DNA of 51,096 nt from Basidiobolus meristosporus CBS 931.73 (lineage: Eukaryota; Fungi; Basidiobolomycota). The stretch lies in NCBI GenBank assembly GCA_002104905.1, contig MCFE01000633.1:1-51096 (forward strand), read 5' to 3'. A program made the position numbers and the translations under genes. Position 1 is the first letter of the stretch; each line of letters starts with the position of its first letter. Positions 26,290 through 35,802 of this stretch are shown one piece after another. The notes beneath the pieces were generated by a model. That model worked only from the letters and a program-made list of their open reading frames with translations. It was not told the DNA's origin and did not search any database.

Positions 26290-27194
26290 AACAGATCTGA
26301 ATCAGGTTGGTTACTGGAGGACTGCATCAGCTTGAAGCTGGACCTCTTGTTGGGGCAGGACTTGGCAAAGTGACCTGGTTGGCCACAGTATAGACAGAGG
26401 TTGGCTTGTTGACGTCTGGACTTTTCACTCTTTGATAGTTTCTTGTATTTGGCACTATCAATCTGCATGGGATCTTCTGGAGTGACTTGGGGAGCAGGAG
26501 GGGCTGGGACTGCAACAGGAATGTGTCTTTGATGGTTCTTTTGCTTCTTCTGGAATAGTCTGTTATCACACCAGATTGCTTGGTGCATAGCTTCAACCAA
26601 TGTATCTGGATCTGGGAGTGTGAGTAGCAGATCACAAGCTTTATCATTGAGGCCATCTTGGAATTGGCTAATCAAGGCTGCTTGACCCCAGGAGCTGAGG
26701 TCACTGGAGGGTTGTCAGAATTCTGAGGCGTAGACTGATGCTGGTTTGTTCCCTTGCTTGAGGGTCTTGATCTTGTTGGCAGCAGCTCTGGCTTGGTCAA
26801 GGTTACCAAATGTTAGCTCCATTTCAGTGAGAAAAGCTTGATAGTCTCTGAGGAGGGGAGAGTTGGTCTCCACTTATGGGGAGAACCACTTGAGAGCTGT
26901 ACCAGTAAGCAGGTTGGAGACAAAACCAACTTTGGCCTGGTCAGTGGGGTACCGGTGAGGCTGGAGTGCAAGATTGTTCTTCACCATGTTGATGAAGCCA
27001 CGGAATTCATTCTGAGAGCCATTGAACTTGGTAGCAGGAGTATACTTGTGTTCTTGGTAGGCTGGGACATGGCTAGTTTGCTGGACACTTTGGTTCTGGA
27101 ACTGAGCAAGAGTGTTTCTGAGGTCTGCATGATCTTGCTGCAGTTGGGTAAAGGCAGCCATGAGCTGGGCAAAGTTCAGCTCTAGGTTGGACAT
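26271..27194 (-). pseudogene. Chromovirus gag (PEG10/RTL1-like capsid plus CCHC knuckle), about three lesions
   Basis: KFNGSQNEFRGFI...TDQAKVGFVSNLLTGTALKW; CLYCGQPGHFAKSC; one TAA, one 1-bp deletion and one TGA interrupt the frame. Confidence 0.9.
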
Positions 27195-27370
27195 GGTAGC
27201 TAAGGAAGGCGGATGAACTTGCAAGGAATACTGGAATATACCAAACTAGATTGTGGGTTTGTAAAGCCACTAGTATGTCAAGAATAAAACTATTGAGCCA
27301 CAATCCCAAGCTTAAATAAGTTAGTGTCACTTCAGAAGGTACTGGTTTTGACGTCCTTTGATAGAGTATT

Positions 27371-29177
27371 AGACTTGTTCCGTTGTGGTGGTGTATAAGT
27401 CCAAGGGAGAGATACGTCCAACACTTCTCAAGTGTTTTGTGTGTGGGGTGTTCACTGGGTGCGATAACCTCTGGCAAAAGCTTGCTAGGAATACTTGGGT
27501 TCTGTCTCTAATCTAATGTGAAGGGGAATAAAGCCACAAGCTTGTCAAGGGAAAACTATTGAGCTACAATCCCCAACTTAGTTGGCGTCTTAACAAAAGT
27601 ATGTGCTGGGTTCAGCGTCCTTTGAGATGACAATGTACTAAAGCTTCCAAAGTCAAAACAACTGTAAACTCCACCAGCAGGGACTTGATAAGAATGCAGC
27701 TTTGGTCAATAGTTACAAAGACAGAAAAGTATCTTTGCCTGTACAAGAACAAACTTGGGAAAGAATCAAATATAATAAAAGATACCTACTCTGAGTATTC
27801 CTCACAAGTAGTGCCTCCAAGGTCAGTTGGCTGTCAGCGCGGTTTCCTGGGAGTGTCCTGTGGTCTAGGGTTGGAAGTTCAGGTAGCAGCAGGTAGCAGT
27901 GATCACACTAATCAACAAGTCAGTATATTGATAAAAGGGATGATGATTTATTGTTGAGGGATAGCCTCCCTTATATACTTTTCTTACTGGCTAAGTGATT
28001 ACTAATCATGGTGTTCCAGAAGGTTCCGGATATCAATAGAAGTCTTAATGACATCAGAATGACCTAAGAATGTTCTAAGTAGGTGCCGGAAGGTTCTAAG
28101 AGGCACAGCACATCCAACCAATCAGGAATCAGTATTCTGAAACCTGTGTAACATGGGGATACCATATATGGTATGGAAATGGTAGGGATGGTGACACGGG
28201 TTGATCATGTGTCACAGGTACTGGCACGGGTACTTGCCTAATATAGAAGCACTTGTAGCTAGTAATCTTACATAAAGTGAGGGGTAACTTATGCAATAAG
28301 GTAAGCAGGTGTGATAGTCAACCGGCTTATGGGATAGTACTGATTGGGTAAGACAAATGGATAAAACTAAAATGAGTGTAGTAGGGATATAGGGAAGTAG
28401 AAAATAAGGGAATGAGCACATCTGTCAGTGGGTGTCACTGTCACCCCACTACACCGTTGGATAGTGCCACATTGAGCCATGAGTGCCAAATGATGCCAGA
28501 GTGTGCCAGAGAGGTCAAGTGAGCCTATACTTGGCCACAGAGTGTGAAACATAGCTCTGCATCTTCATGTAAAGCAGCCCTTGTGTTTCACTCATTGCGC
28601 GGGAGAAAATCCATTTTTTGACCTTTTTTTGTGGACCAATGTAGCTCAGGATGTGAAAGAGCACAGGAGAACTGAATATATGCATCTGGTACTCAATACC
28701 CATGGCACTCTGAATCTAGCTCCTGTAGCTTGTATCATGTCACAAAAATGAATGGCACTATCTTGGTCCACTGGTACTAGCTGGCACTATAAGTGCTTTG
28801 TGTAGATCTTATTTTAGGGCTAATATTTGATCATAGTGCCAGATAGTACCAGTGGACCAAGATAGTGCCATTCATTTTTGTGACATGATACAAGCTACAG
28901 GAGCTAGATTTGGAGTGCCATGGGTATTGAGTACCAGATGCATATCTTCAATTGGCTTGTGCTCTAACACATCCTGCACAACATTGATCCAAAAAAAAGG
29001 TCAAAAAATGGATTTTCTCCAACTCAACAGGTGAAACACAAGGGCTGCTTTGCATGAAGATGCAGAGCTATGTTTCACACTCTGTGGCCAGGTAGAGGCT
29101 CACTTGGCCTCTCTGGCACACTATGGCATCATTTGGCACTCATGGCTCAATGTGGCACTATCCAACGGAATAAGTCT
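27371..29177. mobile_element. Foldback MITE copy A (733 bp net), TSD ATT, left TIR split by a solo LTR
   Basis: AGACTTGTTCCGT[LTR]CCGTTGG... to ...GGAATAAGTCT; ATT at 27368-27370 and 29178-29180; ~345-bp arms; 42-bp spacer at 28791-28832. Confidence 0.93.
27384..28453 (-). repeat. Solo LTR family A, 1070 bp, 4-bp TSD CCGT
   Basis: TG...CA; CCGT at 27380-27383 and 28454-28457. Confidence 0.95.
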
Positions 29178-29934
29178 ATTGTACTAAAGCTTCCAATACT
29201 GTAACAACTGTAAACTCCACCAGCAGCGTAATAAAGTGAATGCAGCTTTGACCAATAGTTTTACAAAGATAAAGTATCTTTGCATTTATAGGACAAGACT
29301 AGGGAAAGATGATGGGTGATACTTACGGTGAGTATTCCTTTTACAAGTTTTCTTCAAACTTTGGGCAGAAGGCAGGGATCCACAAGTAAGTCAGGAGAGT
29401 CTGATAAAAATGTTAGGAATAGACACAAGGCAGGAGGAAAAGCTAGGCATGGCAGGAAAGGACTTAGGTGTGGACCATCAAGGCAAGGCAGGATTCAAGG
29501 CAAGGCTGTTTATTCAAGACCTGTGTTTATCAGACTGAGGAATACTTAAGGGGGGATAGGACTATATATACTTTTTGGCTATACTGATGCCAAGAGATAT
29601 TAGCTAATACTAATGGGGTTGTGGGGTGAGGCACAGCAATGGTGCTGGGGATAATGACATAGATGACACGGTACTGAGACAGGATGGGGAAATGGATTGG
29701 GTCACCTGATCATGTGACCAAGTCATGTGACCTGGTACTTCCATATAAGGTACTGGACTATGAAAAATACACTGGAAAGCTTCCATGGAATGTTCCATTG
29801 TGTAACAATGGTTTGGATGGTCAGGAACTCTCTGGAAGGTGGTAGAAGGTTCCAGAAGGAATCTCTTAGAAATTGATCTAGGAAGCTGAAACTTGGCATG
29901 GGTGTTCACGGTTGTCATGTGATCATGACAGCTA

Positions 29935-30700
29935 AAGTAGATGTGCCAGTTTTGCATTGAAAATGATGTAGCACAATCCAGGAAGCTTTTGGTCAAGCTA
30001 GCTGTGAACAACATGGCAATAATAATGCTCAATGGAAGAGTCTACCAAAGCCAGCAACAAGGGAGCTTTGTAAAAAAGCTGCAGCTCTCATCAATTAATG
30101 CTATTAGCCCAGTATGAGTAGAATCAATAAGGAAAAGCAATCTTCACATGGGTTGGATCTTATTTGCTGCTGACAGAGTGAAGATCTTGCATATAGGTGA
30201 AGCAACAATGCTCAGAAGTCTGTGGACTATCACTATGTCCAAAGTTGAGTTTTAGATTAGTAGCATGTACATCATAATGCTGCCTCACTGCTTCTGGTGG
30301 AGTGCTCAAGAAAACACACTCAAACATTGCAAGGATTTTCTGCAAAGACCGGTTGAGGAAGTACTATACCTTGTAATGCCACCTGAAGGGCAGGATGTAT
30401 AAGAAGCACTGTACTAACAATGGTATAATGCAACAGGGGTATCACTAAAGTCAGGAGCCAATGGCATTACAGCTAGCATACATATCAAATGGTGGATTCT
30501 AATGAAGTTACCTGTTGAGGGTGAGGTTGGGCTTAATGATAGTTTTGTGTAAAGAACTTGTATTGTTATTGCTTTCTGCAGTTTATTTCAACTTGAGATT
30601 CAGCAGATATAAATCAATGTGTATGCATGAAAAATAAGGGCACTGGTTGAGCCAGCAAGTAAAGACTGTGAAAAAGAGGCAATAGCCAATCAGTGTATGC
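29935..30700 (+). repeat. Unclassified repeat relic, copy 2
   Basis: Inverted homology to 6600-7190. Confidence 0.5.
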
Positions 30701-31759
30701 AGAATTATGATATTGCTGAGGGTCAGGGGTCAGAGTGTGTGAGAAATGACAGACAACCAATCAAAAGTTGCTAAGGGCTCACATCCACAAAAATATTGAC
30801 AGTTTTTTTAAGATTCAAAGTGCATTTTTTTCCAATGGTTTTTTTATAGTGTCCCAGTGGCACCATACCTTGTAGCCACAGGATTAAATTTTTGAGATGG
30901 CCTTTTGGCAGTTACTTCACAGTCATTTTTCACAAGGGCTTTCCTGACTATGAAGGAGCAACTTCATAGAATTCAGCAAAGTAACTAACCATTGCACCTT
31001 CCACAACATAGTCATAAGACTTGTTCCATCGTACCGTGCCAGGGCACGCGGCGCGATCCGTGGTTGCAAAGAATGATTGGGCGCAATATTATAGCTACCA
31101 GAGGGCAGGATTGTTTGTGGACAATTTTGCACAATGCGGGACAATCTTGCACACTATGGCACAATCTGACACAATGAGGTTGGCGCGGATGATCACGCCA
31201 ACTTGTAATGCTTGCATCACGTGCGCGATTGGATACCGCTATAATGGCAGGTAAAATCTGGTATTTGGATATGTTTCTTTAATGTAAATGGAAATAAATG
31301 TGTATCACACTATAAACTACACTGATACTTACCATTTTGGTTCCCCTCACTCCAATTGGACGGTATCTCAGTGGTTAATTGGTCCAAAAGTATCCTGAAG
31401 CTGGCAGCCCCCAATTGGCTCATTGACTACTGAAAAAGCTACCTGATTTGCCATCAAATATCCCATTTTGCCCATTGAGCAAGTAAATTCCTGATCCTAG
31501 TGATTGGGCAAGGTGTCATAGCTAGCACGCAAGCAATCGTGTAGGTGCCAAACAGATCCAATAGCTGCACTGGTATTACAGATGACGTATATATATGCAG
31601 GGTGTTTATTTATAGGGGTTCTGTCTCAAATGTGAGACGACCTTGATATTACTTATATCAAAAATTTGATGATCACTGATTTGCAATGGCTTGATTTGGA
31701 TTGCAAAAAAAAAGGGTTGTCGGGATCATTACAAATGTGAGCAATTCAAAGCGATCGCA

Positions 31760-33001
31760 TCATCTTCTCCTGGGTTTTTTTCTCACAGGGATTACTACTG
31801 AAGCATTTGGTAGTGACTCACTTTGCACACCTATACTACTTCCTGGCTGACTATCATCTTGGCTACTTGTGTATTCGTAGTCAGTATTTTGCCTCCTAGT
31901 TGATGAGTGCAATGCTGCAGCTTGGCCGCGCTGAATTGCTCCGACTGAACCAACTGAACCAACTGAGCCAGCCTGTAGTGCCACGCGCTGACGCGTTCTT
32001 TTACTTGCCAAGGGCTCCGGTGGTTGAGTCACTTCATGTTGGTCATCATCAGTCAGTTCATCAGAAGTAACTCGCTGATGGTCAGGCAAAACGGCACGCG
32101 CAGGCACGCCTTGATGCGTTGAGATGGCCCTTGGCTGAGTTTGATGTGCTGCCGCATGTTGACGCGACTCGGTCCGCTCCAATGGACTTGTGTCTAAATG
32201 AGCAGTTTGGCGAGTTTTGGTAGTTTTGCTCTGAAGCGCGTGCGTTGACTCAACGCGGGGCGTTCTGGTAAAGGGTGTTGGCGGGGTCTGGACTGATGTG
32301 CGCCGGCGCGCTGTGGTTGCAAGAGATGGTAGGGAATCCAGCAAGGCGTGCTGGCGCGATCTGGACGATGTTGCTTGCGGTCTGTATTCTTCCTCCTGAA
32401 GCTCACCATCTGATTCCTCAAGGTATTCACTTACCCTCTGTCTGATACTTTGGAGCTGTTGCCTGGATGAGTCCTGTGTATATTGCTCTTGGAAGCCACT
32501 TAGCTCTACTAGTATATCACGTAGTACATTAGTCATTTGAGGCAAAAACTCATTCAAAATCTCTTTGGTTCCCAAAGTTGAGGCACGAACAGACGCGTCC
32601 AGCCCGTACTGTGCAAATTGAGCGCAAAATCGTTCCCGCGTGGCTTCCTTGTCAAATCCCCTCACTCTCAGCTCATTCTTGATTTCAATACTTGTCTTGT
32701 TATATATCTTTTTACATACATCAACTGGCATCTTGATGTAGAACTCATGCCACAGCTTTCTACTCAAATTCTTCCATCTTTGTCGACTCTCTGAGGTATC
32801 TAGTTCTGCTAGATTAATCAGTAGTGCCCAAATATCTGTATGAAGGCTCATCATAGACACTTGGGCCATACTAAAATCATTTGGCGGGAACTCAAACGGA
32901 TCCAACATTGACTTTTCCGGTCCGGACCACACTTGTGAGCTGGGGGATGGGTTTTGTCTGGGTTGTACTAAAGATGAGTTGAGGCTTGGTATGGGGACCA
33001 T
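31760..33001 (-). CDS. Transposon ORF2, 413 aa: trihelix/Myb-SANT-like DNA-binding protein with coiled coil, disordered tail and C-terminal NLS
   Basis: 'DIWALLINLAELD...RWKNLSRKLWHEFY.....VCKKIY' resembles the trihelix pattern W..VSRKL...Y...CK.KF; ends PVRKKPRRR; matches the usual partner gene of Harbinger transposases. Family call made by eye. Confidence 0.75.
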   Translation of the reverse strand: MVPIPSLNSSLVQPRQNPSPSSQVWSGPEKSMLDPFEFPPNDFSMAQVSMMSLHTDIWALLINLAELDTSESRQRWKNLSRKLWHEFYIKMPVDVCKKIYNKTSIEIKNELRVRGFDKEATRERFCAQFAQYGLDASVRASTLGTKEILNEFLPQMTNVLRDILVELSGFQEQYTQDSSRQQLQSIRQRVSEYLEESDGELQEEEYRPQATSSRSRQHALLDSLPSLATTARRRTSVQTPPTPFTRTPRVESTHALQSKTTKTRQTAHLDTSPLERTESRQHAAAHQTQPRAISTHQGVPARAVLPDHQRVTSDELTDDDQHEVTQPPEPLASKRTRQRVALQAGSVGSVGSVGAIQRGQAAALHSSTRRQNTDYEYTSSQDDSQPGSSIGVQSESLPNASVVIPVRKKPRRR

Positions 33002-33360
33002 AGCAATGGATTTGGATACTTATACAGCAGTATATTGGCATCAACCTGGTCTTATATGAAATATATATGAAAACTAAAGTGATTGTTGAATTTTCCATAT
33101 ATTATGCAGGATGCATCTCGGATTGCGTTGACACAGATCAGATCACATCAATCGCAGATTTCCTATTTGATTATAGACCTATGATCAAAGCATCAATAAA
33201 AGTACCAAGGCATTGTTTGCGGATGATTTTTGCGACATAATGATGGGATACATGGCAATTGATGGAGATTTAACCATAATGTGTTAAAAATCAGATAAAT
33301 AACGCAGATCGCGCCAAATCAATTCAAACCGCCTCCATACAATCATCCATCAATTTTAAT

Positions 33361-34245
33361 ATGACTTACTCATCTGAATGGTCTTTTCTCATCAATCCCA
33401 TCACTACCACTGGATTTCCTTTTGACACACTGGAGGAGATCTATTCCAAGTACTGTGGACCATCAACCCCAATCTACTCAAGGAGATCCCTTGTTAAGCT
33501 TCTCTGCTATTACAAGAACTATTGCCCTACAAGGTTTCATCCCACCATCCATGGCAACAAAAGTCCTAGAAGCTTTCATTCCCAGCTGACAGCAATGGAG
33601 AACCACCTTGCAGAGGGTATGAATGACTTAGAACAAGCTTGGAATACTAGGTTCAGAAGCTCCAATAGACTTCCATATCCCAGAGTGTTCAGCAACAGGT
33701 TCCATATCAGGAGTATTTTGGATACCTTCCTAGTGAGGATTAACAGACCTTCAAGAGGGCAGAGGCACTTTTATTCTGGCAAGTACAAGGCACACTGTGT
33801 GAAGTTTCAAGCACTGTCTGACATTGAGGGTAACATCATCTGGTTTAGTGGGCCATTTGCTGGAAGTAGGCATGACAAAGCACTCTGGGTAGAGAATCAT
33901 CCTGAATTCAGTAGAGGGGAGAAATGTATGGCAGACTTGGCCTATATAGGAGAGGATTGTCAGAGATTAGGATGTATTACAGCTTATAGGAAGCCAAGGA
34001 ATGGTGTGCTTAGCAGGAAGCAGAAGCTCTACAATGAGATATCTAAACATTTCAGAGTAAGGGTAGAGCACACATTTGGATATCTGAAGAGATTCAGCAT
34101 ATTGGCAGGAAAATACAGAGGAAAGTCATATATAGGAGAAAACAGCAGAATAGGTAAAATAGTTAAGATACTTATCAATGCACAGTATGTTCTTACAAGA
34201 AGACATCCACTGAGAGAAATGTGTCTGGAGCATTATGAAGAGTAA
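33361..34245 (+). CDS. DDE transposase, IS5/PIF-Harbinger (DDE_Tnp_4-like), 294 aa, intact
   Basis: ILD121TF, YSGKYKAHCVKFQ, GSRHD, AD192LAY, RVRVE236HTFGYLKRFSIL. Confidence 0.95.
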   Translation: MTYSSEWSFLINPITTTGFPFDTLEEIYSKYCGPSTPIYSRRSLVKLLCYYKNYCPTRFHPTIHGNKSPRSFHSQLTAMENHLAEGMNDLEQAWNTRFRSSNRLPYPRVFSNRFHIRSILDTFLVRINRPSRGQRHFYSGKYKAHCVKFQALSDIEGNIIWFSGPFAGSRHDKALWVENHPEFSRGEKCMADLAYIGEDCQRLGCITAYRKPRNGVLSRKQKLYNEISKHFRVRVEHTFGYLKRFSILAGKYRGKSYIGENSRIGKIVKILINAQYVLTRRHPLREMCLEHYEE

Positions 34246-35591
34246 ATAAAGCAAGGAAAGCACTATTCTGAGCAACATAAGTAAGATTGAGTAAAATTAC
34301 CAGTAACTGTATCATACCACTGGCATCATGGTAGAAATTATAGTGCCAGATAGTGCCGTAGGGTGCCAGATTGATCCGGCACTATAAACCGGCTGGCACT
34401 ATGTGGCACTATCCAACGGAACAAGTCTATAGTATATAGCAGCATGTGAGGCAGCTAGAGAAACAACAGAGCTAAGAAAGCTTTTTAATGACTGTGGTTG
34501 AAGTCAAGAAACCCCTGTTGCTTTATTTCAAGATAATCATGGATGGATACATGTTATAATCTACCACTTAAATATTTAAGTTGGATCAGTTTTTGGTGAA
34601 TGAATTAGTTGTATGTTTAGCCTATCACTGTATTAGGGCTACCTAACAAGTCAATAGTATTAGTCAGCAGATGAATCAGCAGGTCCTTATTGGACAAAAA
34701 TAGATTTATTAAGAATGGTCTGAGTGGGTGATGATGATTTAATCAGATGAGTCATCAGCCACAACCTATATTAGGTAATGCAGTTAGCCAGCAATTGATC
34801 TGGCAGAGTGTATAATGAGCTGCTGGAACCTCAATGAAAATCAGCTCAAGTTCTAGGGAATATAATACTAGCTAAACTCCTTATTTGTCCACAACTCTTA
34901 TGGGAAGACTTGTAACATTGGTAGCAGCAATAACCAGAAACCTCCCTCCTTGAGAAAAAAGTAGCCTCCCTCAAGATGTCAGAAAATTAAGAATGAAATA
35001 ATGCAATGCAGCAAATATTGGCCAAACAGCAACAGTTACTCCAGATCTTTAGCCAGCAGCAACAATGAATGACTACCATGGCCCAGAACTGGCAAAGCCC
35101 TGTCAAGAGCAACTTCAGTGTGAAAGTCAACTGGCACTATGGTAGAGTCAATTAAAACCTGGGAACTTGGCTCTTTCAAACTACAGAAGCTTTTAAGAAT
35201 AGAGATATTGCCCTGGAAAGCAAGTTACATTATGCAGCCTCTGACCAAGCAGATACAGCTTTACAGTGGTATCAGTAGAAGATCAGGTCAGCTACTATGA
35301 GAGGATGCTCTGCTATCTCTACCTGGGATGAGTCTGTATTGGAAACTCAAGATACCTTTAGACCTGGGTACTAGCAGACACTACTAAGAAGGAAGCTGAA
35401 GGCACTCAGACAGAAAGGAATGGTTCAAGAATACATATGTGTGTATAGATGTCTACTTGGACAAATTGAAAGAATGAACCACATGATCAAGTTGATACTC
35501 TATTGATGGGTTAAAATGAAGAGCTAACAAGGAAGCAAACTATTTAAGACCTCTGACTATTGAAGAAGCCATCAAGATTGCCATTGACTAT

Positions 35592-35802
35592 AGACTTGTT
35601 CCATTGTGCCATTGATGATAGTGCCAGAAAGTGCTGTATATTTTGTTATTAATTTGATATTTTAGGGTCATATGCATGTCAATTTTGATCCCAAATTGGC
35701 ACTGTATGGCACCATCTGGCACTCTGTGGCATGATCCAGTACCATCTGGCATGCTAGGGCACTATTGGGCACTATGATCAGCTGGAATGATGGAACAAGT
35801 CT
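35592..35802. mobile_element. Mini-MITE of the Harbinger-like family, 211 bp, TSD TAT
   Basis: AGACTTGTTCCAT...ATGGAACAAGTCT; TAT at 35589-35591 and 35803-35805; many TGGCAC/GTGCCA motifs; interrupts the element C gag region (KIAIDY|DLAMFG). Confidence 0.92.

Larger units (their letters stand above)
22733..29930 (-). mobile_element. Ty3/Gypsy chromovirus (element B); 5' LTR interrupted, 3' LTR nearly absent
   Basis: gag-pol with terminal chromodomain; PPT TGGAAGAGGAGAATAG (22741-22756) is followed by TGTCATGA, which also starts the 5' LTR at 29930. Confidence 0.92.
27276..29930 (-). repeat. 5' LTR of chromovirus B, split by MITE A; gag-side boundary uncertain
   Basis: 27276-27370 joins 29181 onward across an ATT TSD; TATA-like gtatatatag near 29565; R/U5 part homologous to LTR-A. 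Confidence 0.75.
31017..34428 (+). mobile_element. Autonomous-type PIF/Harbinger (PHIS)-like DNA transposon, copy 1 (3412 bp)
   Basis: Perfect 11-bp TIR AGACTTGTTCC; TSD ATA (31014-31016 and 34429-34431); two divergent intact ORFs. Confidence 0.95.

Noticed and set aside
23839-26335. Series of plus-strand ORFs antisense to the chromovirus pol
   Set aside because: Typical shadow ORFs of a coding strand; no motifs.
31021-31254. 77-aa ORF starting in the left TIR, also present at 40549-40782
   Set aside because: It starts at TTG inside the TIR, and the copy differences are mostly nonsynonymous CpG decay, so there is no sign of selection.
33361-34245. Bacterial IS5 contamination or recent horizontal transfer as the origin of the transposase
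   Set aside because: It is paired with a eukaryotic-type trihelix/NLS gene, is CpG-purged, has old relics and MITEs, and is interleaved with LTR elements, so it is long resident. Ancient transfer is not excluded.
34318-35802. Short repeated GGCAC motifs as a possible CRISPR-like array
   Set aside because: No constant repeat/spacer periodicity and no cas genes; they are transposon subterminal motifs in a eukaryotic context.
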